The notes beneath the pieces are model-generated. The model did not search any database. It had not been told where the DNA came from and saw only the letters and a program-made list of their open reading frames with translations. The position numbers and the translations under genes are program-made. Below are positions 49,301 to 60,906 of a DNA stretch of 64,000 nucleotides, in pieces. The DNA is from Balanoglossus misakiensis (Eukaryota; Animalia; Hemichordata). The stretch spans positions 1,897,745 through 1,961,744 of the forward strand of contig CM082591.2 of assembly GCA_040954595.2 (NCBI GenBank), written 5' to 3'. Every line of letters begins with the position of its first letter. The stretch's first letter is position 1.

Positions 49301-52300
49301 CAAATCCTTCAACACTTACAAACTGTGAGACAGAAAGAAAAATAAAAGTCAGTAAAGTTTAGATATTTCACTTCTTTCTCAAAGTTCATTTTACCCGTTT
49401 ATTTTTGACCGAGAGAGAATTTTGTTCGTTTTTATGAATACCTCGCTATCCAAGCCTAGAAGTATCACCATAAAGAAGAAGAGGATGGACCATAATGGGG
49501 CGACTGGCATCTCTGCGACTGCGGCTGGATATGCGATAAAAGCCAGACCTGGACCTGTGTGGTATCAAAACATATTTGGAATGTCATTGAAGATCAAGAC
49601 TGAGAAACTCAGTCTCTGCACAAAGGTGTTATTCCACTTATAAAAGCTTAGCAGATCGAAACCGTTCAAGTAAGACTACCGTACCTGATTTCGCGACTTC
49701 TCCAACTGGTACGCCGTACTTATTCGCCATGAATCCAAGCGTCGAGAAAATGACAAAACCGCCAAAGAGACTAGTGCCACTGTTGAAGCAGGCGAATATA
49801 ATGCAATCCCTGAAAACATCAAGAAGAACCTGTGCTTAAAATCAATCTTCAAGATCAACGGGACCTCTTGCTTGTAAATCAAGAACTGCTTCCCGACAGT
49901 CAATGGTGTGTCCCAACCAGTAACACCATTGGTGACAGTCATGCAATTCTGAAAGTGAAATTACCGCAGATGATTCCTTTACCTGTAGAAATTATTATGG
50001 AATTTGTTGTAACTTCCCAAAGCTACCAGAGTACCGAGGGCAATGGAATAGGAGTAGAAAATCTGGGTGCCGGCATCGATCCATACCTACAGAAATGGAG
50101 GAAAGTTCAGCAAGACGTTAGTTGGGCCCAAACATTTTCGAAAAAGGCATGACTTCTTCGAGTCTTCTCTGATTGGTACAGAAGGTCAATAAGCAAAATT
50201 TGTTCAGCAAAACCCATTCCACTAAAACGACCGCTAAAAAGTGTAAAGATGTCCGAAAAAGGAGTACAATGCTACATCACTTCTTCGAGGAACGTCTCAG
50301 ATTGTCAGAGAGATCCACCTACTGTATTTTCCTGCAGTGTATATTTTAAGCTAACAATGCCATTTACCTGAATCGAATTCAACGCAAAAAACACATTCTG
50401 GGACTTTCCAAGTGATAAATTCCATTTTCTATGCCACTCGAAGACTTTGAGGAACTTGTATCAGAGACTTAGTGACCCCTCAACCGCAACTATCCTATAA
50501 TTCTTACCTGACTGTTCTTCAGCTTTGATATTTCTGGCTTAAGGTAGAAAATGATGCCATCTCCAGCTCCTGGGAGAGTCACAGCACGAATGAAGAGAAT
50601 GGTGATCAGCACATAAGGGAAGGTCGCAGTGAAGTACACCACCTATACAAGAAAAGAAAAGAAGAGTTTCCAGTTAGGTGGTTGTTCTTGAAGTTTTATC
50701 ACAGGGTAGATATTCTCTACCATAACCCTTCCACCCCTAGTTCTCTCTTTAGAGGTCCAACCTTACCATTTGGATAGAATACTTACCCTGCCTGTAGATT
50801 TGACACCTTTAAACACACAGAGGTAGACCAGAATCCAAGCGACGATGAGAGCAATAGCCATCTCCCAGTTCACTGTACCCATATCTTCGATACCATCTGA
50901 TAGTTTTAAAGCTTTCCTCCTATAAAATAGATGGATGGAATTTATTGATAACATTTCATAACTTTATCCAGAGTAGAATAATCAATAAGAAACTTGCAAT
51001 AGTAGTTGCATTGATACGCGGGAGAAAAATAATGAAAAAGACACTGGTAACCAATGCTAAGACAAAAAGAAGTGAAAAGAAAGTGATTACGTACTCCCAG
51101 AATTCAACAATGGATGGTACTGGATGAGTCCCGTTGAACGTGGAGTTTGTAGCGTTTGTGTTGATGATGTAATCGTCGATGCAGTTCGGAGTGTTCCAGT
51201 CGTTTCCGCATGTGTTCCACGGGAGAACTGATGTGAATGACATGGCCAAGTAGTAGAGTGCCCAGGCCAGGATCACTACGTAGTAGATGCAAAACCACTG
51301 CACGATGACAGTGTTGGCTATACCGATCCCTGCAAGGCAAGGCAATCCGAGATACAGCGTATTAGTCATTTAGTGGCTGGCAATTTGGAAACACGGAACA
51401 GGGAAGCATCGGTGTGCCCTCTAGTGGTAACACCGTGAGAAAAATGCTATTTTCATACATGTCATGCTAGACAAGTATTTTCCTATAACACAATGGACCA
51501 TGTGATATTTGTCCTGTGTCACATGAGAATGTTCTCCCTTCTAATCTGCATAGCCACGCGAGATCTCACATTGTCTCGTGGAGTTCAGAAAATGGTCTAT
51601 TCATTCAGTCTTAACACTCACCTTGGAAAATTGGGCATATCCGCCATGCGGTGATACCTCCTTGGCGCATGAACTGACCCAGACCAACCTCAAGAATCAA
51701 CAGGGGAGCTCCAGCACCCAGTAACATGATGAAGTAGGGGATGAGAAACGCTCCTACAAAGAAAAAAAGAAAAATGCAACAAAGGATTAGTATTCTAAAA
51801 ATAAAAGTAAAGAATAGGCATTTAAAAATAAAAATAAAGACTAGCCGTTTTAAAAATAAAAGTAACATAAATAGCATTGATTGATATGCTACATAAAATG
51901 CGACGACGTGGACTGCATACACCGGGGCCATGGTTACATAAACATGGCGTGATATGGTCAGACAGGCTGTCACTGTGTATTGTAATTTGGCACCAAATTT
52001 GCACACAATGGTTTGTCACAAGAATAGAACCGGGCGACATAAACACTCTCACCGTTGCAAATCAAATCAAATTTACATGTCAATGATTCGAGAGTTGACC
52101 CCCTATTTTCCATCTTATCAATCCCGTATTGGTATACTGTGTGTTGTAAAATATACTTTTTGAAATTCTACAAGTTGTTGCACTTTTGAACTGTCTCTCT
52201 ACAGGCTATTTCTGGATCAACCCACAGATGGTGATGTTGAGATAAAATTATTTCTGGCGTACATTGATTTCTATATCTGGTTGCAAAGCTGCCAGTTCAA

Positions 52301-55300
52301 ATACCTGTGGTGTGTGTACGTGGGAGGAGGGGGGAATGTGAACCAGTCAGGTTAAGTTCAAAGCGTGTGTCACGATTTCATGTGACGTCCCGAAAAGATT
52401 ATATTACAGCAGCCTCTGAATTCAGCACGGAAACTTGAAGACGTATATGCACAGCACCCTGTCAGGTCAGGGGTCATATCAAATCTTCAAGATTCACATA
52501 TACACGTAAATTAATGAGCCTTCAAGTCTATGTGTGTACAATGTTTTGTCTGTCCGAGACTCAAGCTGCAATGTACACAGGGCTAAAATGCCACCGCAAA
52601 GAACTTCGTTAAAACACACACTTTTACCCCATGGCTTCGATTTTTTATTTGCTCGTGAAAGTTGAAGTTCACTCACTCTCATTGCTCAGACTTTCAACTA
52701 TCTCTGCCTAAGTATATGCAGGAATTCCCGGAATGACGGGAGAGACCGAACAGTGGCCACTTCCTACATTCAAGTCATCTCTGGTTACAATCCCGCAATT
52801 CCAAGAATCTTCAAGACTAGTAGTAGTACACGATTCTCATTCTTTTATATCTGTGTAACATTGTGGAGAAGTATTAAACTGGCTCCCAAGAATGCATGTT
52901 TGTGGCGATGCTGACTGCCAGGGTTAATTCATACAGGCAATCTGTCCATGAATGGATTGGTGTATTGCATGTGACAATGGGGTGCTAAATTGGCTGACTC
53001 AGGCTGGCCCTGTGTTAGCCCCGTGCTAACCAACTTGGAAACTCAGTTCTAATCTTTGCTATACACAGAGTGCATTTTAAATTATAGCAGCACTTCAAAG
53101 CACTGAAAAACCAGGTGTAATTTGTCACAGAAAATATCAGTAACCAACAACGTATCACTGCATCATGAGAAGCTGCTCCATAACCTGTTGTTAAGTAGTC
53201 GAGAGTGTTCCCACATACCACTGTGTTATTGACCCTACGTATTTAAAAGGCAAGACAGTTTTGACATGGAAGGTTACCTTACAACAATTGCGGCTATTCC
53301 GCTTGGTTGCACACGTGAAAAACATACTGATCATGTGATGACTCCGCACTTTGCCCTGTCTGCTTTTTGGCCAATTTAATTTACCACACTTCCAACTAGT
53401 AAACACATTGATCGAACAATGCTTTGAGAATATAATTCATCAGGTGCATTGTGGAAAACCACTGCACCATACTATGGTAACAACCCTGCCAGCAAATTTG
53501 AAACACAGACAGCATTTATGTAACCCTATTTTTATAAACAACCTGTTCATATTGTTGCCACTGTTGTTCATTTAGCAAGGACTGTAACAAAGCGCTGTTA
53601 AGCCCTTTCACTGCCATGGTTCAGTCCAATTGTTTTCTATGGTAAGGTTGGGCCTCTGAAGAGGGAATTGGGGGTGAAAGGGTCAGAAATCTCAATAAAG
53701 AATGTCCTTGGCATGTATTAGGTGAACTCTCCTGAAGGTTTAACATTGTAAGATCAGGCGACATGCAGGGTACTTGTGGAACAGAATGGTGCATTGAGAA
53801 TCACTATGTATGTATTCAGTACACCCAAACAAAGCCACGCAAAGTAATTTTACAATGGAGTAAGACAAGTGTGACTGACAGAATGTCAAATGACCTCTCC
53901 CCCTCCCCACAAAAGTGACCTCTTTTCAGTAAAGGACAACATTGTTGTCCGTAGAGGAAAAAAGCAAAACAAACTGGAATAAACCGGAATGTTTCAGTTG
54001 AGCGATCCCGGAGATATACCAGGGTGGTAACCAGGTAAATGTTACCAGAGTCCAGCAATCATTTTACTGGGGTTCTCCACGGTAAATATCAATGTAGTCA
54101 TATCAGTGGTGGTAGCAGAACCGTTACCAGGGTTACCAATCATTTACCAAAGTACCCCACTCCCTCCTTAGTAACCACCTGATCTTCAAGACAAACAAAA
54201 CAAGTCTGCCTATGCAGTGAAAACCCCCCCTTCCCCACTTTTGTATAGATTGGATAGTCTTGACTGTTGTTTACGGAGAACCAGTGTTTATGTTTAATTT
54301 ATCTTAATGACCAGGATAATTGGAAAGCATAATTGAAACTAATGCTGTTTACCATACAAATGGCACTGCACTACCATCAACTGTGTCAACCCAAACAAGA
54401 AGCCAAACAAAACACTGGATTTGAGGGGTGGGGGAGGGTAGGAAGGGGGGGGGGGAAGCAAGAACCCTTCAGCCATATCTACTCAGCTACCTGACAACAC
54501 TGGGTAAACATACATGTAAGACACTGTAAGTGTCATACATAGTTGTCTAAGAACGGCTTGTGAACCCACAAGTTGAGTTTCTGCGTACATAGCGACGCTG
54601 TCAGAGGTGAACAGGGTTGTGGTCCAGGTTGTCTTGTGAGTTGTCTTGCGAGTTGACATCTTGTCTGCACCAGTTTGGCAGGTTCTGGGGGTTTAAATCC
54701 AGTGTATTTGTGGAAAGACAACAACGAACTCGAACTATTTTATTGACGCAATAAATTTATTCACATATTGCTTTGTCAGTGGTGATCAAAAGTCTAACTA
54801 GCACATATGTTGCCAGTGTATTACTAGCACATCTGTTACCAGTGTATTACCGTAATATGATAAACTGTTCTAAAATTGCATGTTACAGTTGTTCTAAAAC
54901 TGTTGGCATTGTCCAAGAACCACAATCATAACCAGGTGCCTTGTTGAGTTAAGTCAGGGCCTGTTAATGGTAATTACTTTGGCATTCATCACCCCCAGGT
55001 GACCTTACATCCTGGTATCTCAATACGAATTAATCATTCATGACCTCTAGATGACCTTACATCCTGGCATTCAACACTAATTAGCCATTCGTGACCTCTA
55101 GATGACCTTACATCCTGGCATTCAACACTAATTAGCCATTCATGACCTCCAGATGACCTTACATCCTGATATTTTCACCAGTTTGTGGTAGACAAAATTC
55201 AAAATTTCTTTTTTTTTGCTTGAATATGAATTACAAGTGGCAATATGAATAAATTTTAACCAAACTGGTGGACTCACTATGAAAGTACCAGGATGTAAGG

Positions 55301-58300
55301 TCATGTACAGGTCACAAATATGGCTAATTTCGGTGATGTAAAACAGTTACCCATGAACTGTTTTGAAACTCACACACTGCTGTGTCAAGCTCAAGTTTAC
55401 AACCATCCTCCAACAGAAACAGTCCACATACCAAGAACAAACATGCCCCAGAATCAGGAAATATCTCAAGGTAAATTTATTGAAAATAGTGTTACAACTA
55501 ATTAAAACCTACTCAAGTTTGTAATGGAAAATTTTACCATGTAGAACTACGAGTCATATTCCTTCAACATTGTGATTCATTATTACTCCATGTCAGAGGT
55601 GAAAGTGCTGTATCCACCAAAACATTATGACTCACTGTCTGTCTATACAGATTTGTCTGTCACTGTTTTATCGCACTAGTAAGTTTTTTGTTAGTTGTAG
55701 AGTTGTAACTAACAAAAGGTTATTGACAGGACTCTGTGTGTAGGCCATAGGGGCACCTTATGATCGTGTTATGGTTACCTATTCTGCTCATATTGAACTG
55801 GGACTCCCCCCCCAACCAGACAGGTGTGTGTGTATTGTAGACCAAGACTACCAGCAGACTTGTTTGCTGAACTTGTTCAAGTTGTTGGACAATATGGAAG
55901 TCAGTGGGACTGTCCCTAACAACCCTCCAATGTTATCTGCAATTAATAGAACCTTATCTCACGACAAACCTTATCTCACTAACACACAGTATCAGCCTTT
56001 CCTCTGGAAGTTTAACAACTTGAGAGGGCTATCCCTTGTCCTACATTATCTTACAGACTTTGTTATCTTCTCAATCCCCTTGCATGAGGTGTGTTCATTG
56101 CTCATTAACAATCTGCGAATATTTTGATCTCCACAGAAATATTTATTGATGAATCAATTCGGTGTTAGATAGATCTGATAACTAGTGTGGGGGCGGGCAT
56201 ATCTCTGTTTGACAGGAGAGGAGCAGATGATAGCCTAGTCATCACTATCTCCAAGTGGATTAAGTTGTAAGATAGCCCAGTCCTCACTCACCTTATCTCA
56301 AAGTGGACTTATCTGACAACAGATAAGATAAAAATTACAGGTATCAAAGTGTGCCTGTCTTGCACACATAGTAATCATTGAGGAAGCAAAAATATTTGAA
56401 ATACCTGCTTTGAAGGCTATTGCCATGCCAGATACTGTTTTATCAGTTAGTGCTTTATAGTACCCACTCAAATCCATTGAGAATTCAAAGTTAATGAATT
56501 ACTTCATTTAGGAAAGAGGTTAATACTACACCGAACCAAGTGGCCAAAACAAACATGGCTGCTTCCATACCTCCTTAACATGGGCGTACCACTCCAAACT
56601 GATCAATAATCCTACATTTTTTTCACAGGTCAAAAAGCTGTCCTGGAGAATTGATGCAACTACTGACTGATAATTGGGCTGTACAGAAAGAAGAACCACC
56701 AGTTCATAGACCTTTCTCAGGTACATGTACACAAAACTTTGAACAAATGTGCACCACGCTGATTTTTAATTCACGAAAGTAGGAAAACCACCATATTTGT
56801 TTAATATTGACAAAAGCCCAACAGGAAGATGACAGATATCAAATCATAGCAAGATGAAAGATTTAAATTCCATCACAAATAATTGGTTGTCAAGCAAAAT
56901 ACACGTACACCAGATATTTCAAATCGTTTACAGCATGTATAGTAGATAATCAAACAATGACGCTTTTCACTGAGTTGGGAACTTGTGCATGACGAGAAAA
57001 AAATTAAAACAGGTATTTTGTGTGTTACAGAACCCAACGACATTGTCCATTGTTGGTCAATTTCAGGTGATATCATTTGTGTGACTTTTGGGGGGAGGGG
57101 TACTAACTTTTCTTTACGAAAAGAAACTCAACGACATACAACAAGCTGACAACACACACCTGGACACACCTATGTTGACTGAATATAAAATATCAAAAGA
57201 GCATGTCACAGTTTGGTACTTGCTACACAAAGTTCATCATGGAAATTTCCATCTATATATCGAAAGCTGAATACTCCCCTTCTGCAATGTACAATCTGCA
57301 ATGTACAATCTGATAAGTGGATACTTCTGCATAATGTACAGTTTTTCAAACACTTCATAGTCTCGTATTTACTCAGCCAATTCTTTACTATCAATCACGT
57401 GATCTGGCAATGTGTCCCATGGCGCAGTCATTTCCAGATGACGGGCAAGCAATATTTCGGCACCCAGTAAAAGTTTTTCCGAGTATGTTTTTACTTTAGA
57501 ACCGCCAAACACATAACATGTATCGGGTATGTTGCCTCATCAGCCTCATTGCATTTCGTCTGCACAGTCTTTGTCTGCACCACGTAAGTCCACGTTGCTG
57601 AAGTTGCCCGTCATCTGGAAATTTCAATGCGAACGTAACTGCCACCTGAACGCGTCTGACGTCATTTGATAGCGAAGAATAGTGATCAATGTTTATTGCA
57701 AAACTATAACGCCAACATATTTGTGTGAAGTTTCCGTCAGCAAAGATAGACAGTCGTTGGTAAATTTGTACTGATGTATACACAAGATATTGTACATGTC
57801 ACAATCACACAAAACTTGGCAGCTGCAATCATTCTAAAATCCATGTAATAAACAACATGTACATGTACAAGTATCAGCGAAACACGCTACATGCTCAACC
57901 TAACGTCTTTCAGACCCTACTATGATTGACTGTATTCTTTTGTTTTCGTGACCTATATATACTGTTGAACTTTCAGGAACACCTGGCTCTCTCTCTCTCT
58001 CACCAACTACTGTACTTTTGAGAAGTTCAACCTTAGATGAGAAGATTACAATCCCACACACACACAAGAGTATCCCTAACACAGTCAATATATTACGCAT
58101 AGAAATGTACAACTTCTTACCCCAACTCATACCAAGCAGTAATAAGTTAAAGGGACCTTAGCTGTTGACAAGGTGTTTCAGGTTTGGCCTTACGTGTTGT
58201 CATGCATGGCTTTACGAAATTACACTGAAACAACTTGTCTAAACATCACCCAGGCCTGTCCTTGCCTCTACACAATGCCAGAGACATAAATTTACTTTTG

Positions 58301-60906
58301 GAGATCTACGGAATGCGGTCTCAAGCTCTTACAGTAAATATTCTGTTGAGTGGTCGACTTTTGGTTTGAGATGCAAGGTACAATGAATGCTTTTAAATCT
58401 TTAGAATGAAACCGGTTTATTGTGATGTGACCCCCAACATCCCTGATGATCAGCATGTAAACAACATCATAACCAAAACAAGCGTTCTGAAACCAGTTTG
58501 GGTGGTGTCGATGAATAAAATGACTAATATGCAGCATGGATGTACATTCTTGTGTCAAATGTAGCAGATTCCCAGTTCACCGACATGCACACATCATTTT
58601 GCCGGCTATAATGTATCTAAGGCTTTGCTATGGTCGACCTCTACGGATACGATTATTCACATCACCGATTTGGAATGAACACTGTGAGGTACAGGAAGGA
58701 ACAAAGACTCCATAGGGAGAACATTATCATCCGTGTGATGATAAATAAACCACTTCTGTACACTTACACTTTTTACAGGGGATCGCATTGCATTTTACAT
58801 AATTAATAGATGCACTATCCCACGTGTTTCCATCACATGGCCTCGCGCCGGCCACATACATTAGATAGGGGAAATTTCCACTGCCTTAGTCGGAGGTGGT
58901 ACTTATCACGTCACGACAGGAAAATGTTTTGATGGAAGTTGGTTTTGATTTGATGATGCATCATGTACATGTAAGGTCATAAGGAAGGACTGCAGAAAAA
59001 AAAATTCAGAAAGACTACCAACCTAAAACAAAACCATATATTTTAAAATTTATTGACATAAGAGGATTATCACAATCATGAATTTCTATTGTCAATTTTT
59101 ATTCCAACAAAGAAACAACAAGATTATAATGGAAACTGTTATGAAAATGGAGCGTGATTATTTTCTGATTGTTGACATTTGGATAGAGAAGTCAAAATCA
59201 GTTTATTATTAGTGTGCCAATCTGGTCACCAAAATTTAATGATTGATTCATCAAAATGCTCATGAAAATGTGTGATTTATCAAATTGAACCTATAACTGA
59301 ACTGTTAATATTAATTACTGGTACATGTATGCATTGTGTATTAATTGAACAGAAAACGCTAGAACTAATAATATTTGCTGTCTGCAAACCTGTGTCTCGC
59401 CAGACTTTGGTCAACATATTATCTAGGGAGGCTGTCCCTGGATTGTCTGACAAAAACCCAAGGCATGAAACATGATATATCTGGTGTCCTTTAACGAAAT
59501 CAGACAGACTCCTCTTTTTTTATCAGAGTATGCGGCCTCACATTCTTGACTATTCTGTGTACAGTTTCAGTTTTATTTTCTGTAGATCATTGTACAAAGC
59601 CATGTGTCAGTATTTTCCCAACAGCAGTACTCAATACATGTACATTTCTAACCTCCACGAAGTCATAAACTGCTGGCTGATGACATTAAAATCAAGGTCT
59701 ACAAGTCAGATTTCGAGGTTAAAAAGTGTTTCTCTTATCAGAAACGATTGTGTCAGTGTGTGGTACTTTTGTCGATTTCGATCATTGAAATGTTATTATA
59801 CTGTTGTTAATTTCTTCAAAGAAGAGACAAAGTCGTTTTCCACGTGTACATTTCATTTTCAGGATTTCCTAGGGTTTCAATTATTAGAAGTACAACCAGT
59901 ACGCAAAGTATGCGATGATTGCCGTAAATGGATCTATAACAACAGACAAACAGCGGGAAAAGTCAACATACAATCTATGGTTTCTAAATTCGAAAGCGAT
60001 CGAGTCATCACGGTGTTCAAAAGGACAAAAAGCCGGCAAAACAACACGTGGCAAACTCGCCGGTTGTTGTATACAAAACGCTCGATCACCGAGATCGGAG
60101 CTGAACTCTTCGACTTGACTCGGATCCCGGTACGGGGGGGAAATGTAATGAGAAGACGTCTAGACAAGACGGCCACTGAACTCGAACTTGCAGAGATAAT
60201 TTATAAAATGACCGAGTTGGAAAATATGAAAGCGAGACATGTAATATGTTGACGAGCATGCGCAAATAACTTCGCAACGCGAGGAGCATGGATTAAGATT
60301 CCATGGCATGCGTGCACGCCGCGTGGGACACCCCCACGTGGGTGGGGGAAATGTACAAGCGTTTCCATGCGCGCTCACTGTGTCCATATCGCCGGAGAAA
60401 TCAACTCGTGTTCGTTCATCGACAGTTAAAATTTTATTGTAGCTGGCAACAAAACATGAAAAAATGTGATACATGGATAGACATGCCATGCTGTCGGTTA
60501 AGATCCTAATTTGGTTATAATACCGGCTATTCAACTAACATAGCGACAAGGAATACCTACTGGCAATATGCCCATTCACAAAACCCGCGTTTTTAATAGA
60601 ACAGGCGCCACGTGACGTAACTAGGGGGTATACAATCATCAAGGATATTTGTACGAAACTTCCAGTAGATTAAATATATCCATTCTCACCTCCTCCGTTT
60701 TTATAACAGAGGTATGGGAATCGCCAGATATTTCCCAAACCGACGGAAAACCCGATCAAGGCCAGAATGAAATCGGCTTTGCCAATCCATTGCTCGCGTT
60801 CCACTTTCGGTTCGGTGTCTTCGTCTTCGTGTTTCTCCGGGTCCCCGGCTAGGGCGTCCACTTTCTCGTCCAGATAGACATCTCTGGGTTGCGCGGAGTT
60901 TTCCAT
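46302..60906 (-). CDS. SLC6 Na+/Cl--dependent transporter, GABA/taurine/creatine subfamily, paralog B (14 coding exons, 657 aa)
   Basis: complement(join(60690-60906,51622-51753,51095-51329,50787-50919,50508-50642,49983-50086,49685-49809,49442-49554,49182-49322,48891-48993,48611-48711,48340-48519,47904-48112,46302-46347)) = 1974 nt. Exons 1-12 have exactly the same lengths as in paralog A; all introns GT-AG; no internal stops seen. Confidence 0.95.
47221..47298. mobile_element. MITE copy, degenerate (B intron 13)
   Basis: CCCTTTCC...TTGGACCAACCCACAGTGGTGAAAGGGTTA. Confidence 0.6.
47904..48112 (-). CDS. SLC6 paralog B exon 13
   Basis: RFRAVTTPK...KPPPY...HDEFIPE; ends at GA|GTAAGT donor (the unspliced frame stops at 47900). 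Confidence 0.9.
48340..48519 (-). CDS. SLC6 paralog B exon 12
   Basis: [39 protein letters not shown]...KGSLSE. Confidence 0.95.
48611..48711 (-). CDS. SLC6 paralog B exon 11
   Basis: [34 protein letters not shown]. Confidence 0.95.
48891..48993 (-). CDS. SLC6 paralog B exon 10
   Basis: [34 protein letters not shown]. Confidence 0.95.
49182..49322 (-). CDS. SLC6 paralog B exon 9
   Basis: [47 protein letters not shown]. Confidence 0.95.
49442..49554 (-). CDS. SLC6 paralog B exon 8
   Basis: [38 protein letters not shown]. Confidence 0.95.
49685..49809 (-). CDS. SLC6 paralog B exon 7
   Basis: [41 protein letters not shown]. Confidence 0.95.
49983..50086 (-). CDS. SLC6 paralog B exon 6
   Basis: [35 protein letters not shown]. 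Confidence 0.95.
50508..50642 (-). CDS. SLC6 paralog B exon 5
   Basis: [45 protein letters not shown]. Confidence 0.95.
50723..50770. mobile_element. MITE half copy (B intron 4)
   Basis: TAACCCTTCCACCCCTAGTTCTCTCTTTAGAGGTCCAACCTTACCAT. Confidence 0.65.
50787..50919 (-). CDS. SLC6 paralog B exon 4
   Basis: [14 protein letters not shown]...GVKSTGR, protein identical to A. Confidence 0.95.
51095..51329 (-). CDS. SLC6 paralog B exon 3
   Basis: [17 protein letters not shown]...[15 protein letters not shown]...SIVEFWE. Confidence 0.95.
51622..51753 (-). CDS. SLC6 paralog B exon 2
   Basis: [43 protein letters not shown]. Confidence 0.95.
53598..53683. mobile_element. MITE copy (B intron 1)
   Basis: TTAAGCCCTTTCACTGCCATGG...GGTAAGGTTGGGCC...GGGGGTGAAAGGGT. 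Confidence 0.75.
54985..55329. repeat. 51-bp tandem repeat (~3.5 units) plus inverted copy
   Basis: Unit CATTCATGACCTCTAGATGACCTTACATCCTGGCATTCAACACTAATTAGC at ~55036, 55087 and 55138; inverted arm at 55261-55329. Confidence 0.9.
58069..58290 (-). promoter_or_regulatory. Conserved non-coding element in B intron 1 (homologous to 20632-20875 in A)
   Basis: Reverse complement aligns by eye with the A block. Confidence 0.7.
60690..60906 (-). CDS. SLC6 paralog B coding exon 1
   Basis: MENSAQPRD...[29 protein letters not shown]. Confidence 0.95.

Noticed and set aside
52287-52298. AAGCTGCCAGTT resembling the miR-22 5' end
   Set aside because: The match ends after 12 nt and no complementary arm is visible.
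54985-55170. Repeat array as CRISPR
   Set aside because: Eukaryotic intron; the units are contiguous tandem copies without unique spacers.
59530-60252. 240-aa plus-strand ORF inside gene B intron 1
   Set aside because: No recognisable domain, composition typical of AT-rich non-coding DNA, and no counterpart seen in A.
46302-60906. Gene B as an assembly artefact, allelic haplotig or pseudogene
   Set aside because: Heavy synonymous divergence in several exons, unalignable introns, and intact frames and splice sites indicate a true paralog.
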